Shown one piece after another: positions 8,724 through 17,929 of a stretch of DNA of 30,537 nt. The notes under the pieces are model-generated. The model searched no databases. It saw nothing but the letters and a program-made list of their open reading frames with translations, and was not told the origin of the DNA. The translations under genes were made by a program, and so were the position numbers. The stretch spans positions 1-30,537 of the forward strand of contig JBFGLM010000052.1 in assembly GCA_041576165.1 (NCBI GenBank). Reading direction: 5' to 3'. The DNA comes from Acidimicrobiia bacterium (lineage in GTDB: Bacteria; Actinomycetota; Acidimicrobiia; Spongiisociales; Spongiisociaceae). Position 1 is the first letter of the stretch. Each line of letters starts with the position of its first letter.

Positions 8724-9944
8724 ATGAGATTGTTCCGCCCGCCAATCGATGTCACGCCGAACCGATCGTGGCTCATGGCGGCGATGGCGTTGGTGATGGT
8801 GACGGGAGGGTTCGTCAGATCGGCGCTGCCGGTGCTCTCGATATTCGTCATCAGGGAGTTCGACCTGAGCGCGTCGGAATTCGGGCTGCTGCTGACGCTC
8901 TTCATGATGTCGCTCACGGTGGGGGCACCGGTGACCGGGAGGATCACAGACGTCGTCGGCGGCCGGCGCCTCCTCACGGCCCGGTTCGTGGTCGTCGTTT
9001 TCGGCCTCGCCGCCGCCGCAGCGGCGCCTTCCTACCTGATGCTGGCCGTGGTCGTGATCATCACCGCCTTGAGCCTGGGCGGTGGCAATCCGGGTACCAA
9101 CAAGCTGATCGCCCAATATGTCACGGCCGGCCATCGCGGGACTGTCATGGGCGTGAAGCAATCCGGTGGCCAGCTCGGCGTGCTGGTGGCCGGTTTGGTG
9201 CTGCCGGCGATCGCGGTGGCCGCATCGTGGAGAGTCAGCCTCGTCACTGGAATCGTGATCCCGATCGTTGGCCTCATGCTGCTGCTGACCGTCGTCCCTC
9301 CGGATCGTCCCGGCGCCGGGAGAGCGGGCGGAACGTCGACTGTTGCTCCCTTCGACTCGATGGTGTTGCGGCAGATCGGCCTGGTCGGGTTCGCGATGGG
9401 AGCGGGGGTGTCCGCCGTGTTCGGGTTCCTGCCGCTCTATGCGCAGGAAGAGGTCGGCATGTCGTCCACCGCCGCGGGTGCCGTCGTTTCTCTGATGGCC
9501 TTCGTGGGCGTCGGCGCCCGGATCCTCTGGGGACGTCAAAGCGAACGCGCCGATCACTTCTCGGAGCCGTTTGCTCTGCTTGCCCTCCTCTCCATCGGCG
9601 CCACTGCCGCCATCGCAGCCGCTTCGACCGTGGGGTCTCTGGTTCTGTGGATAGGCGCCGCCGCAGCAGGTGCCAGCCTGGAAGCATGGAACTCGGTCGG
9701 GAACCTGGCAGTGGTGACTCTGGTGGACTTGCAGCACGCCGGCAAGGCATCCGGGCTCGTGATGCTCGGTTTTCTCCTGGGCGGAGCGCTCAGCCCATTT
9801 GCTTTCGGCTACCTCGTAGACATCTCGGGATATGGAGCGGCTTGGACACTTGTGGCCTCCTGCTTTGCCGCCGCGCTGATCGTGTCGCTGCGCTGGCGCC
9901 ACACCGAACACAATCAGCTCGCAACTCCGGGCCGAGCAGCGTGA
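8724..9944 (+). CDS. MFS transporter
   Basis: ~12 hydrophobic segments, motif A GRITDVVGGRR, RGTVMGVKQSG, ARILWGRQSER. Confidence 0.9.
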   Translation: MRLFRPPIDVTPNRSWLMAAMALVMVTGGFVRSALPVLSIFVIREFDLSASEFGLLLTLFMMSLTVGAPVTGRITDVVGGRRLLTARFVVVVFGLAAAAAAPSYLMLAVVVIITALSLGGGNPGTNKLIAQYVTAGHRGTVMGVKQSGGQLGVLVAGLVLPAIAVAASWRVSLVTGIVIPIVGLMLLLTVVPPDRPGAGRAGGTSTVAPFDSMVLRQIGLVGFAMGAGVSAVFGFLPLYAQEEVGMSSTAAGAVVSLMAFVGVGARILWGRQSERADHFSEPFALLALLSIGATAAIAAASTVGSLVLWIGAAAAGASLEAWNSVGNLAVVTLVDLQHAGKASGLVMLGFLLGGALSPFAFGYLVDISGYGAAWTLVASCFAAALIVSLRWRHTEHNQLATPGRAA

Positions 9945-10840
9945 TCGGAGCCGACCTGGGGCCGGTCGGTGTCTGGAGTGGGCACCTTGGTCGGATGCGT
10001 GCCCCCGAGTCACGCCATTGCGTCGCGGCGCTGGAGGATATGGGGTGGAGGGCGCTGTGGATACCGGAGGGCCTACACCTCAAGGAGGCCTTTTCCCACG
10101 CCGCCCTGTTGCTGGGAGCCACCGGGCGCCTCGTGGTGGCTACCGGCATTGCCAACGTGTGGTCGCGCTCGCCGACCGCGATGATCTCGGGCGCAATGGT
10201 CCTCGGGGAGGCCTACCCCGGTCGCTTCGTTCTCGGCATCGGGATCAGCCACCCCGAATCGATGGGGCCGCTGGGTCATCCATGGAAGCGGCCCGTCGCC
10301 GAGATGGAGCGCTACCTCGACGGTATGGAAGCAGCCCAAGACCGCTACCTCGCGCCTCGGCCCCGCCAGCCCGTCCCGGTGCTTCTCGCCGCGCTCGGGC
10401 CACGGATGCTCCGGCTCGCTGCGAGCCGTACCGCCGGTGCTCACCCGTACTTCGTCCCCGTCGAGCACACTGCATTCGCCAGGGAGACGCTCGGTCCGGA
10501 CGCGTTCCTGGCAGTGGAGATTGGAGCGGTGCTCCAATCGGATGCCGAGGAGGCGCGCCGGCTCGCCCGCAAACACATGGAAAACCCCCTCAGCCTGGGC
10601 GCATACCGACGGAACTTGTTGCGATTGGGGTGGACCGAGGCGGATCTGGAAGCGGGAGGTTCCGATGCACTTGTCGATGCTCTGGTGGCATGGGGCGATC
10701 CCGACCGGGTAGCGGCCCGGATCGCCGCCCACCATGGCGCCGGAGCCGACCATGTTTCCGTTCAGATCTACACCAAGCGCCGGGACGAGTTTCCCATCAG
10801 AGGCTATGCGGCGGTGGCTGCGGCAGCGGGCCTGCCGTGA
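9941..10840 (+). CDS. LLM-class, probably F420-dependent oxidoreductase (MSMEG_4141-like), copy 1
   Basis: LWIPE, VATGIANVWSR, GRFVLGIGISH, AALGPRMLRLA, GAHPYFVPVEHT, GGSDALVDALVAWG, AGADHV. GTGA overlap with the MFS stop. Confidence 0.9.
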   Translation: MIGADLGPVGVWSGHLGRMRAPESRHCVAALEDMGWRALWIPEGLHLKEAFSHAALLLGATGRLVVATGIANVWSRSPTAMISGAMVLGEAYPGRFVLGIGISHPESMGPLGHPWKRPVAEMERYLDGMEAAQDRYLAPRPRQPVPVLLAALGPRMLRLAASRTAGAHPYFVPVEHTAFARETLGPDAFLAVEIGAVLQSDAEEARRLARKHMENPLSLGAYRRNLLRLGWTEADLEAGGSDALVDALVAWGDPDRVAARIAAHHGAGADHVSVQIYTKRRDEFPIRGYAAVAAAAGLP

Positions 10841-11081
10841 TGGCCCTCTCGGCTCGACATGCTTGCCCTTGGCACCGCATGCCGGCCCTCGTACACGCCG
10901 CACCTCCTCGAGGCACCAAATCCATGCAGACAAGACGCGAGAAAAGGAGAGCACGGTGGCGAAGGACCCCCCCGGGGGGTGAAGGCGATTCTGGGTTCCG
11001 ACATCGTCGCAGCCGTCGATCGCCCGCCGGGCGGCTGAATCCAACCAAACGACGCACACATATCGAGAGCAAGGGAAGACC

Positions 11082-11510
11082 ATGACCGACAGAGGAGACA
11101 TGCAGGATCAGGCTGCGGCGCGCGAGCAGGTTCTCGACGAGATCCGAATGCGACGCGGCTTCACCCTTCCCCTCCACGAGCTGATGGCCGACGTGGACGT
11201 GGAGATCCTGCGCCGTTACAACGATCTCGCCGGGTACGTCATCTTCGATCCGGAACCGCGGGCGCTCGACCTCAAGACTCGTTTCCTGGTGCTGGTTGGG
11301 ATCACGACGGCAGTCAGGGGCGATCGGGAGGGCGTCGAGTGGAGCACGCGAATGGCGATGGAATACGGAGCCACCGAACGGGAAGTCCTCGAAGCCATCG
11401 TGTTGGCGGGATTACCGGCCGGGAGTCCTGCGGTCGAGTTCGCCGCCAGGGCGTATACCGAAGCGAAGGAAGGGCGTGGCTGGGTGGAAGGCAGCGGCCA
11501 TGATGGCTGA
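11082..11510 (+). CDS. Carboxymuconolactone decarboxylase (CMD/AhpD-like) family protein
   Basis: LDLKTRFLVLVG...AMEYGATEREVLEAI...AGSPA pattern. No CxxC. Alternative start at ATG 11100 after AGAGGAG. Confidence 0.8.
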   Translation: MTDRGDMQDQAAAREQVLDEIRMRRGFTLPLHELMADVDVEILRRYNDLAGYVIFDPEPRALDLKTRFLVLVGITTAVRGDREGVEWSTRMAMEYGATEREVLEAIVLAGLPAGSPAVEFAARAYTEAKEGRGWVEGSGHDG

Positions 11511-13539
11511 GCCCCCCGAGACGGAAGTCGCCACGACTCGCTCTGCGCGGTATCCCACCCTGTTCTCCCCCCTCGCCATCGGTCCCAAGACAGCTCGGAA
11601 CCGGGTGTGGATGACCGGGCACGGCACCCAGCTCGTCAAGGACCACAACTTCACCGACGCCCATGTTGCCTATTACGCCGAGCGGGCCAAGGGTGGGGTC
11701 GGGGTGATCACGATGGAAGCCATGGCGGTCCATCCGACAACCCAGCCATACGAGGGGAAGATCTTTGCGTTCGATAGGCGCGTCGTCCCCAACTATCGCA
11801 AGATCGCCGCCGCGGTCCGCGTCCACGGCACCTTGGTGCTCGGCCAGCTGTGGCACCGGGGGCGCCAGACCGACAGCATGGTCAGCCGGCTACCGGTGTG
11901 GGCCCCGAGCGCGGTCCCGGGCGTCGTGTACCGGGAGATGCCACATGAGATGACGACCGACGAGATTGCCGAAATCGTCGCCGGGTACGAGACGTCGGCC
12001 CGCTGGTGCGTCGAGGGGGATCTGGACGGCGTCGAGATCCACGCGCTCGCCCACGGATACTTGTTGGGCAATTTTCTGTCGCCGGCGACCAACCACCGTA
12101 CCGACGCCTATGGCGGGTCGTACGAGAACCGGCTCCGTATCGTGATGGAGATAATCGACCGGGTACGGGCCGTGGTGCCGCCAGATCGTATGCTGGGAAT
12201 CAGGATCAACGGCGACGATGGAGAGATGGAAGGGGGGCTCCGCCCTCCGCAATGGGCCGTGATCGCCCGCAGCCTCGCCGACACCGGGTCGCTCGACTTC
12301 ATCTCAGTGAGCCAGGGGACCTACCTCAACCGCATGCTGATCTACCCGGCCACGCCAGAGCAGCCCGGCTACCAGGTACCGGCCACGGCACAAATCAAGG
12401 CAGCCGTCCCGGAGCTTCCCGTGGTCGTCGTCGGGAGGATCACAACGCCAGAGCTGGCCGAGTCGATCCTGGCGTCGCACAAGGCGGACATGATCGGGAT
12501 GACCAGGCAGCTGATCGCCGACCCGGAGTGGCCGCGGAAAGCACTCGAGGAGCGAGACGACGACATTCGGCCATGTGTGGGCGCCAACTGGTGTATGGCG
12601 GCAATCGTGAAGACGCCGCTGGCCTGTGTGCACAATCCCGCCGTAGGTAGAGAGGCCGCGCTCGGCGTAGGGACGCTGGTCCCGGCCGCCACCCCGCGTC
12701 GGATTGCCGTCGTCGGTGGCGGACCGGCCGGCATGCGGGCGGCGTTGGTGGCGGCCCAGCGTGGCCACTCCGTGACGCTGTACGAGCGAGACCACGAGCT
12801 TGGTGGCCAGGTGAACTGGCTCGCCAAGGCAACCTCGTACCGGGAGATGCGCGGCATCGTCGATTGGCTGCGATCCCAGATCGAGAAGACGGAAATCCGG
12901 GTCGAGACCGGGGTGGAAGCGACGGCCGACTCGCTCATTGCTGAAGGCTTTGATGCCTTCGTCATTGCCACGGGCTCGACGCCGCGCCGTGACGGCTGGA
13001 CGGCGCTTCATCCATTCCGCTGGGGAGACGGTTCACAGGTGGAGGGAACGGACCAGTGGAACGTGTACACGCCGCTCGAGATCCTGCACGACGAGGTGGA
13101 CGTCCCCAGCTCCTGCCTGATCCTCGACGACGTCGGGGAGCGGCAGGCCGTCGTGGTGGCCGAATACCTCGCCGAGCGGGGCCACCCGGTCGAGATCGTG
13201 ACCCGGCTGTCACATATCGCGCCGGGGCTGGCCAATAGCCGCGACATCGGCAGCACCCACGCCCGGCTGAGGAAGATGGACGTTGTGTTCACACCGAACC
13301 ACGAGATCGCCCGCATCGAGGAGGATCGGGTTGAGCTGCGCGACGTGCACACCGGGGACATCGTGGTTCGTGAGCCGGTCGACGCGGTCGTCCTCGTGAC
13401 CGGGAACCGGGCGAACGACGACCTGCTGCGGGAGCTGAAGCAGCGCGGCGCCGACGCGCGCGGCATCGGTGACTGCCTTGCACCGCGACGAATCTTCAAC
13501 GCTATCTGGGAGGGTGAGCTGGCAGGACGCGAGGTCTGA
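11503..13539 (+). CDS. Old Yellow Enzyme barrel + FAD/NAD(P) oxidoreductase (FadH/StcD/DgcA-like)
   Basis: LFSPLAIG..NRV, YYAERAKGG, QLWHRGR, HGYLL..FLSP..NHRTDAYGGS.ENR, RPCVGANWC...CVHNP, VVGGGPAG, IATGS, IGDCLAPR. Overlaps the CMD stop (ATGGCTGA). Confidence 0.92.
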   Translation: MAEPPETEVATTRSARYPTLFSPLAIGPKTARNRVWMTGHGTQLVKDHNFTDAHVAYYAERAKGGVGVITMEAMAVHPTTQPYEGKIFAFDRRVVPNYRKIAAAVRVHGTLVLGQLWHRGRQTDSMVSRLPVWAPSAVPGVVYREMPHEMTTDEIAEIVAGYETSARWCVEGDLDGVEIHALAHGYLLGNFLSPATNHRTDAYGGSYENRLRIVMEIIDRVRAVVPPDRMLGIRINGDDGEMEGGLRPPQWAVIARSLADTGSLDFISVSQGTYLNRMLIYPATPEQPGYQVPATAQIKAAVPELPVVVVGRITTPELAESILASHKADMIGMTRQLIADPEWPRKALEERDDDIRPCVGANWCMAAIVKTPLACVHNPAVGREAALGVGTLVPAATPRRIAVVGGGPAGMRAALVAAQRGHSVTLYERDHELGGQVNWLAKATSYREMRGIVDWLRSQIEKTEIRVETGVEATADSLIAEGFDAFVIATGSTPRRDGWTALHPFRWGDGSQVEGTDQWNVYTPLEILHDEVDVPSSCLILDDVGERQAVVVAEYLAERGHPVEIVTRLSHIAPGLANSRDIGSTHARLRKMDVVFTPNHEIARIEEDRVELRDVHTGDIVVREPVDAVVLVTGNRANDDLLRELKQRGADARGIGDCLAPRRIFNAIWEGELAGREV

Positions 13540-13665
13540 GGGGCGGCGGGCGCCTCCCCGTCCGTAGAATCGACATGAGACCGGCGATGCGAGACACGAC
13601 GGAACGAGGAGGGCGAGTCTGCACATGGCGCGCTGCGGGATTCGCCTCCGTCCGATGACGCCGGC

Positions 13666-15051
13666 ATGACTGGGCGCTCCGATCCGGCACCGACGACCAA
13701 GAGCCTCGCTGAATTCGTGGCCGGGATCCGGTACGACTCTCTGCCGGCAGCGGTGACGGCCAAGGCGCGGGGCTGTGTCCTCGACTTCTTGGGGGCCGCC
13801 GTCGCCGGCTCCCGCCGGGAGCATTGCCGAGCCGCGGTGGGCCTGGTCTCGTCGTTCGGCGGAGTCCCGGAGGCGACGGTCCTCGGCCAAGGTCGATCGA
13901 CCTCCGCCCCGTGGGCGGCATACCTCAACGGAGTCTTCGGATCATCCACCCCACAGCAGGACGATGTCTGGAAGGAGTCGCTCGGCCATCCAGGCGTAGG
14001 CACCCTCCCGGCGGCGTTCGCCCTGGGGGAGCGCTCCGGAGCGTCGGGGCGGCGATTACTGCAGGCCGTGGTCGCCGGTTACGAAGTGGCGATGCGCATC
14101 GGCTCGGCGGTAGGGAAGGAGAGCCTCAACCGGGGCTGGCATCCCCGGGGAGGCGTCAACTACTTCGCGGCGGCCACCGCCGGCACGTCTGCCCTGGGGA
14201 TCCAGGATCCCGATGTCCACCTGCGGGCCCTGAGCCTTGCGGGCAACACCGCCGCGGGCCTGACCGGGGCGTCCTATTACTACGACGCCTGGTACACGTT
14301 GTCGGGCAACGCCTCCCTCAACGGCGTGCTCGCTGCACTGCACGCACAAGCCGGCTATAGCTCCGGACCGGAGATCCTCGAGGCGGCTCACGGCGGCTAC
14401 CTCCGGGTGGTGGTGGACGAGGCCGACTGGGACGCACTGGTGCGCGGGCTCGGCGAGGAGTGGCAGATCCTGCGAATCGGCCAGAAGGTCCACGCCTCCT
14501 CCGGCGCCACGCACGCCGCCATCGACGCCACGCTCCAGATCGTGCAAGAGCACGATATCCGGCCGGATGACATAAGACAGGTGCGGATCCGCGGCTTCCG
14601 TTCGATGGTGGGACGTACCGGCAGGCCGTTCCCGCAGAACCTCGTCCACGCCGGGATGAGCGTCCCGTTCCTGGTGGCGGCGGCGATCCGCGACCGCAAA
14701 GTGGGGCTCGACCAGACGGGGCCCGAAGCACGGCAGGACCCGGTGCTGCGCTCGCTACAGGAGCGGATGGAGCTGGCAGAGGATCCGGAGCTGGAGGATC
14801 TCGCGCCGCGCTATCTCGGTGCCGCAGTAGAGATAGACACCACCGACGGACGCACCGCCTCCGCTCGTGTCTTGGTCCCCAAGGGCGACGCTGAGAACCC
14901 GCTGAGCCCCGCCGAGCTGGAGGCGAAGTTCCACGACCTTGCCGGCCCGGTGCTCGGCGCCGAGCAGGCGATGGCGGTAGTCGAAGCGGTGCGCCGCCTC
15001 GACGAGTTGGACGATCTCGAGCCGCTGCTGGCTCCGTTGCGGATCGCCTGA
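13666..15051 (+). CDS. MmgE/PrpD family protein, divergent active-site motifs
   Basis: Fold motifs retained (LDFLGAAVAG, HPG..TLPAA, GYEV..RIG, HAAIDA, PKGDAENPLS), but DDVW replaces DDxH and AWYTLSG replaces KxxHxG. Confidence 0.9.
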   Translation: MTGRSDPAPTTKSLAEFVAGIRYDSLPAAVTAKARGCVLDFLGAAVAGSRREHCRAAVGLVSSFGGVPEATVLGQGRSTSAPWAAYLNGVFGSSTPQQDDVWKESLGHPGVGTLPAAFALGERSGASGRRLLQAVVAGYEVAMRIGSAVGKESLNRGWHPRGGVNYFAAATAGTSALGIQDPDVHLRALSLAGNTAAGLTGASYYYDAWYTLSGNASLNGVLAALHAQAGYSSGPEILEAAHGGYLRVVVDEADWDALVRGLGEEWQILRIGQKVHASSGATHAAIDATLQIVQEHDIRPDDIRQVRIRGFRSMVGRTGRPFPQNLVHAGMSVPFLVAAAIRDRKVGLDQTGPEARQDPVLRSLQERMELAEDPELEDLAPRYLGAAVEIDTTDGRTASARVLVPKGDAENPLSPAELEAKFHDLAGPVLGAEQAMAVVEAVRRLDELDDLEPLLAPLRIA

Positions 15052-15071
15052 GCGGTTCGGGGCCTTTCCGT

Positions 15072-16241
15072 TCAGCACCCGGCCGGTCGCGACCGAAGCC
15101 GTCCGGCACCAGCGAGCAAGGCAGCGCCTACCAGCCACACGGCTGCCACCAACCAGGCGACGGTGAACGAAACTGCCCCGGCCGTCCAGCCGAACACAAC
15201 GGGCCCGATCGCGCCGCCGGCCGAAGCAACTGATTGCCCGAACCCGGTGGCGGCTGCCGGTGCGTCGCGATGCCGGTAAACGATGGCGTAGACATATGCG
15301 CCCTGCCAGCCCCACACGGTGGCGAAGGCCAGCAAGGGAGCTGCGACCTGCAGGCCGCTCACGCCGGGGGCGAGGAGGAGTAACCCAACCGAGCCCACCG
15401 CCAGCAGCGCGGCGAGAAAGCCTGTTCCGTCCGAGTCGCGCCGGTCGGTCAACAGGCCGATGCCGATCCGGATGGCGATACCGGCGAGGCTGCCGACCGC
15501 GACGAGCCGGCCGGCGGCCGACTCGGCGAGGCCCCGTTCCACCGACGAGGTCACGACGAACCCGGCCAGCGAGGCGGATGCCGCCGCCCCCAACGCTCCC
15601 GACAGCCCGAGCAATATCAGCGGTCGGGAGGGTCGAGGAGCGCGCTGCCGGGAGAGGCCCACCGTCCGTCCGTGGCTACCCCCGGGCACCGCAATCGCCA
15701 GCAGCAGCGCTGCCAATGCAGCACCGCGATACGCCCAGCGCCATCCCACCGTCAAGGCAACGGCGGGCACCGCAACCCCTGCCAGGAAGATGGCGATCGG
15801 CACCGACGACTGCTTCATGGCAAACACCAACGCCTGTCGGTGCGGGTCCACGTTGGACGACAGCGCCCAGTTGACCGCAGGCTGTCCCACCGCGTGACTG
15901 AGCCCGGAAGCGGCCAGGGCTACAGCCAGCCCGGCCGGCGAGCCGACTAGGAATCCGATCGAAGCCAAAGAAGCCGCCACCAGCAAGGCGGAGGCTCGCA
16001 TCCCGAGAGGCCAGCCAATCCGCTGCACGTAACGGCCGAACGGGGCCGAGAACAGCGACATCGCCAGGAAGTAAGCCCCGATGGCGACTCCCAGCGTGGC
16101 AACGCTGATGTCGAGATCCTGGCGAATACTCACCGCCAGAGTGCCCGTGAGGAAGGCAGGTAGCGAGGAGGAGATGGTCAACAAGTTCCCGGTGACGACC
16201 AGCCGGGTGGTGTCGACCGGCCGTCCGGAATCCCGACTCAC
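15072..16241 (-). CDS. MFS transporter
   Basis: Multi-TM, GRYVQRIG, RQALVFAMKQSS, GLLTDRR. GTG at 16241 overlaps the hydrolase stop (GTGA). Confidence 0.88.
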   Translation of the reverse strand: MSRDSGRPVDTTRLVVTGNLLTISSSLPAFLTGTLAVSIRQDLDISVATLGVAIGAYFLAMSLFSAPFGRYVQRIGWPLGMRASALLVAASLASIGFLVGSPAGLAVALAASGLSHAVGQPAVNWALSSNVDPHRQALVFAMKQSSVPIAIFLAGVAVPAVALTVGWRWAYRGAALAALLLAIAVPGGSHGRTVGLSRQRAPRPSRPLILLGLSGALGAAASASLAGFVVTSSVERGLAESAAGRLVAVGSLAGIAIRIGIGLLTDRRDSDGTGFLAALLAVGSVGLLLLAPGVSGLQVAAPLLAFATVWGWQGAYVYAIVYRHRDAPAAATGFGQSVASAGGAIGPVVFGWTAGAVSFTVAWLVAAVWLVGAALLAGAGRLRSRPAGC

Positions 16242-17059
16242 GACAGGTCGGACAAGAAGTCGTCGAGCAGCGCGGCGAACCGATCCGGGACATCCTGGGC
16301 GATCCGGTGCCCGGCGCCGGCCACCGTGACACCGCGGGCGCCCGGGATCATCGAGACGAGCCGCTCCATCCGATCCGACGGAAACGTAGGTGACTCCGCT
16401 CCTCGTAGCACCAGGGTGGGGCACCGCACCCGGATCTCGTCCCAGATATCCGCCTCGAGTGCCGCCTCGGTGGTGGCCACTCCGGGCGGGTAGAACCGGC
16501 TCACCATCGACCCGTCGGGGAGCACCTGAAATGAGTGATCGAGGACGTGGTCCCGCATCATTTCAGACCAGCGGGACCCATGCGGCAACCTTGCCCGGGC
16601 CGTCGCAAGATCGGGGAACGTGTGCTCCTCGAGTATCTCTCGTTGTGCCCGCCGGCTCCGCTTCGGATCGAGTGAGAGGCCCGGGTCGGCTACAACCAGC
16701 CCTGCCACCTCGGCGGGGAACCGAGACGCATGGAGCAATCCAAGGTTGCCGCCGGTGGCAGCCCCGACCAGGACGTAGCGATCCAATCCGACCTGCTCGA
16801 CCACTCCGGCGACATCGGCCAGATGGTGATCGAGCGTGTAGCCGGCGGATGGATAATCCGACCTTCCGTGGCCCCGGTAGTCCATCGCCAAGTACCGGTT
16901 AGGAGCCTCCGAAGCGGCGATGGCGAAGTCCCAGACCCTGGCATTGGTCCGGTTGGGGTGCAGCAATAGGACCGGGGGCTCGCCTCCCGGCCAAACCACT
17001 ATGTGGATCGTCCTTCCCGGGAGTGGCACGAATTCCGACAGCGGCGCCTCTGCTTCCAC
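16238..17059 (-). CDS. Alpha/beta hydrolase fold protein with non-canonical nucleophile elbow
   Basis: LLHP, DYRGHGRSD, elbow G-A-A-T-G-G, CPTLVLRGAES, GAGHRIAQDVP. Confidence 0.88.
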   Translation of the reverse strand: MEAEAPLSEFVPLPGRTIHIVVWPGGEPPVLLLHPNRTNARVWDFAIAASEAPNRYLAMDYRGHGRSDYPSAGYTLDHHLADVAGVVEQVGLDRYVLVGAATGGNLGLLHASRFPAEVAGLVVADPGLSLDPKRSRRAQREILEEHTFPDLATARARLPHGSRWSEMMRDHVLDHSFQVLPDGSMVSRFYPPGVATTEAALEADIWDEIRVRCPTLVLRGAESPTFPSDRMERLVSMIPGARGVTVAGAGHRIAQDVPDRFAALLDDFLSDLS

Positions 17060-17166
17060 GGTCGTGTGTCTACCACGTGCCGACCCCGTCCGAGCAATAG
17101 AAGAAGCGGAACGCGCGATCAGCTCGCCGGCGCTACGTTGCGCCGCGAGTATCCGGAGGAGGAGCT

Positions 17167-17859
17167 ATGACGAGTCGAGTGTGGGAGCTGATCGCAGCTG
17201 ACCGGCCGGCCGTCGGGACCTACGCAACGCTGCAGGACACGGCCGTCGTCATGATGCTGGCCGCGGCCGGACTTGATTTCGTTCGTTTCGACCCTCTCAA
17301 CCACGACTACTGCGGCCGGTTTCCGGACCTGATGGCGGCGGCCCACGAGGCGGGTCTCACCGTCTGGGTGCGGGTTGCCAACGACCCCCAACAGGTCGCC
17401 ACCGCGGCCGCTCTCGGCGTCGACATCGTCACGATTCCCGAGGTCCATTCGCCGTCCGAAGTCGTTGCCGCGCTCGACGCTGCTCGTGAGGTCGTTCCGG
17501 AGGGAAGCGCTTTCGCGATCGGGGGCCAGATCGAAGACGCAACCGGCTTGGCTGGGCGAGAGGCGATCGTGGCAACGGATGGACTGCGCGTGGTCCACAG
17601 CGGACGCAACGACCTGGCGAGGTCGCTCGGTGTTCCCGGAGAACCGTTCCACCCCGCCGTCCTCGCCGCCGAGGAACTGGTGGTGGAAGCTGCCATGTCC
17701 GCCGGCAAGCAGGTGTCCCTGCATCACCCGTTGACCGAGGACGGGATACGACGGGCCCGCATTTGGTGGGAGCGGGGAGCCCGGATCTTCACATTCGACA
17801 CCGATCGTGCAATGCTCGCCCGCAATCTGGAGGCAATCGCCGAGGCTCTCGCCGGGTAG
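17167..17859 (+). CDS. HpcH/HpaI aldolase/citrate lyase family protein, short and divergent
   Basis: AAGLDFVRFD...H, WVRV, QIED..G, GRNDLARSLG. Strong GGAGGAGG RBS. Confidence 0.8.
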   Translation: MTSRVWELIAADRPAVGTYATLQDTAVVMMLAAAGLDFVRFDPLNHDYCGRFPDLMAAAHEAGLTVWVRVANDPQQVATAAALGVDIVTIPEVHSPSEVVAALDAAREVVPEGSAFAIGGQIEDATGLAGREAIVATDGLRVVHSGRNDLARSLGVPGEPFHPAVLAAEELVVEAAMSAGKQVSLHHPLTEDGIRRARIWWERGARIFTFDTDRAMLARNLEAIAEALAG

Positions 17860-17929
17860 GCGACCAGTCGGCGGGCTCCGTTTCGTCATCCTGACGTGAT
17901 TGCGCGGCGCGGTCGGACGCCGGCAGATC

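Noticed and set aside
8571-10013. Long antisense or alternative-frame ORFs (e.g. 8571-10013, 25721-27358, 2396-3556, 6179-7291) and 5' extensions (8768, 11296, 19774, 26911)
   Set aside because: Expected artefacts of high GC; they overlap well-supported genes and lack motifs or RBS.
10956-11082. UGA at 10980 in frame with the CMD gene (AhpD-like selenoprotein?)
   Set aside because: No convincing SECIS, no UxxC/CxxU, extension not protein-like, and CMD has its own RBS and start; frame match is likely chance.
11503-13539. Mycofactocin-system OYE or mft cluster
   Set aside because: The N-terminus resembles those enzymes, but no mftA-F genes are in the window and the active-site and Cys motifs differ.
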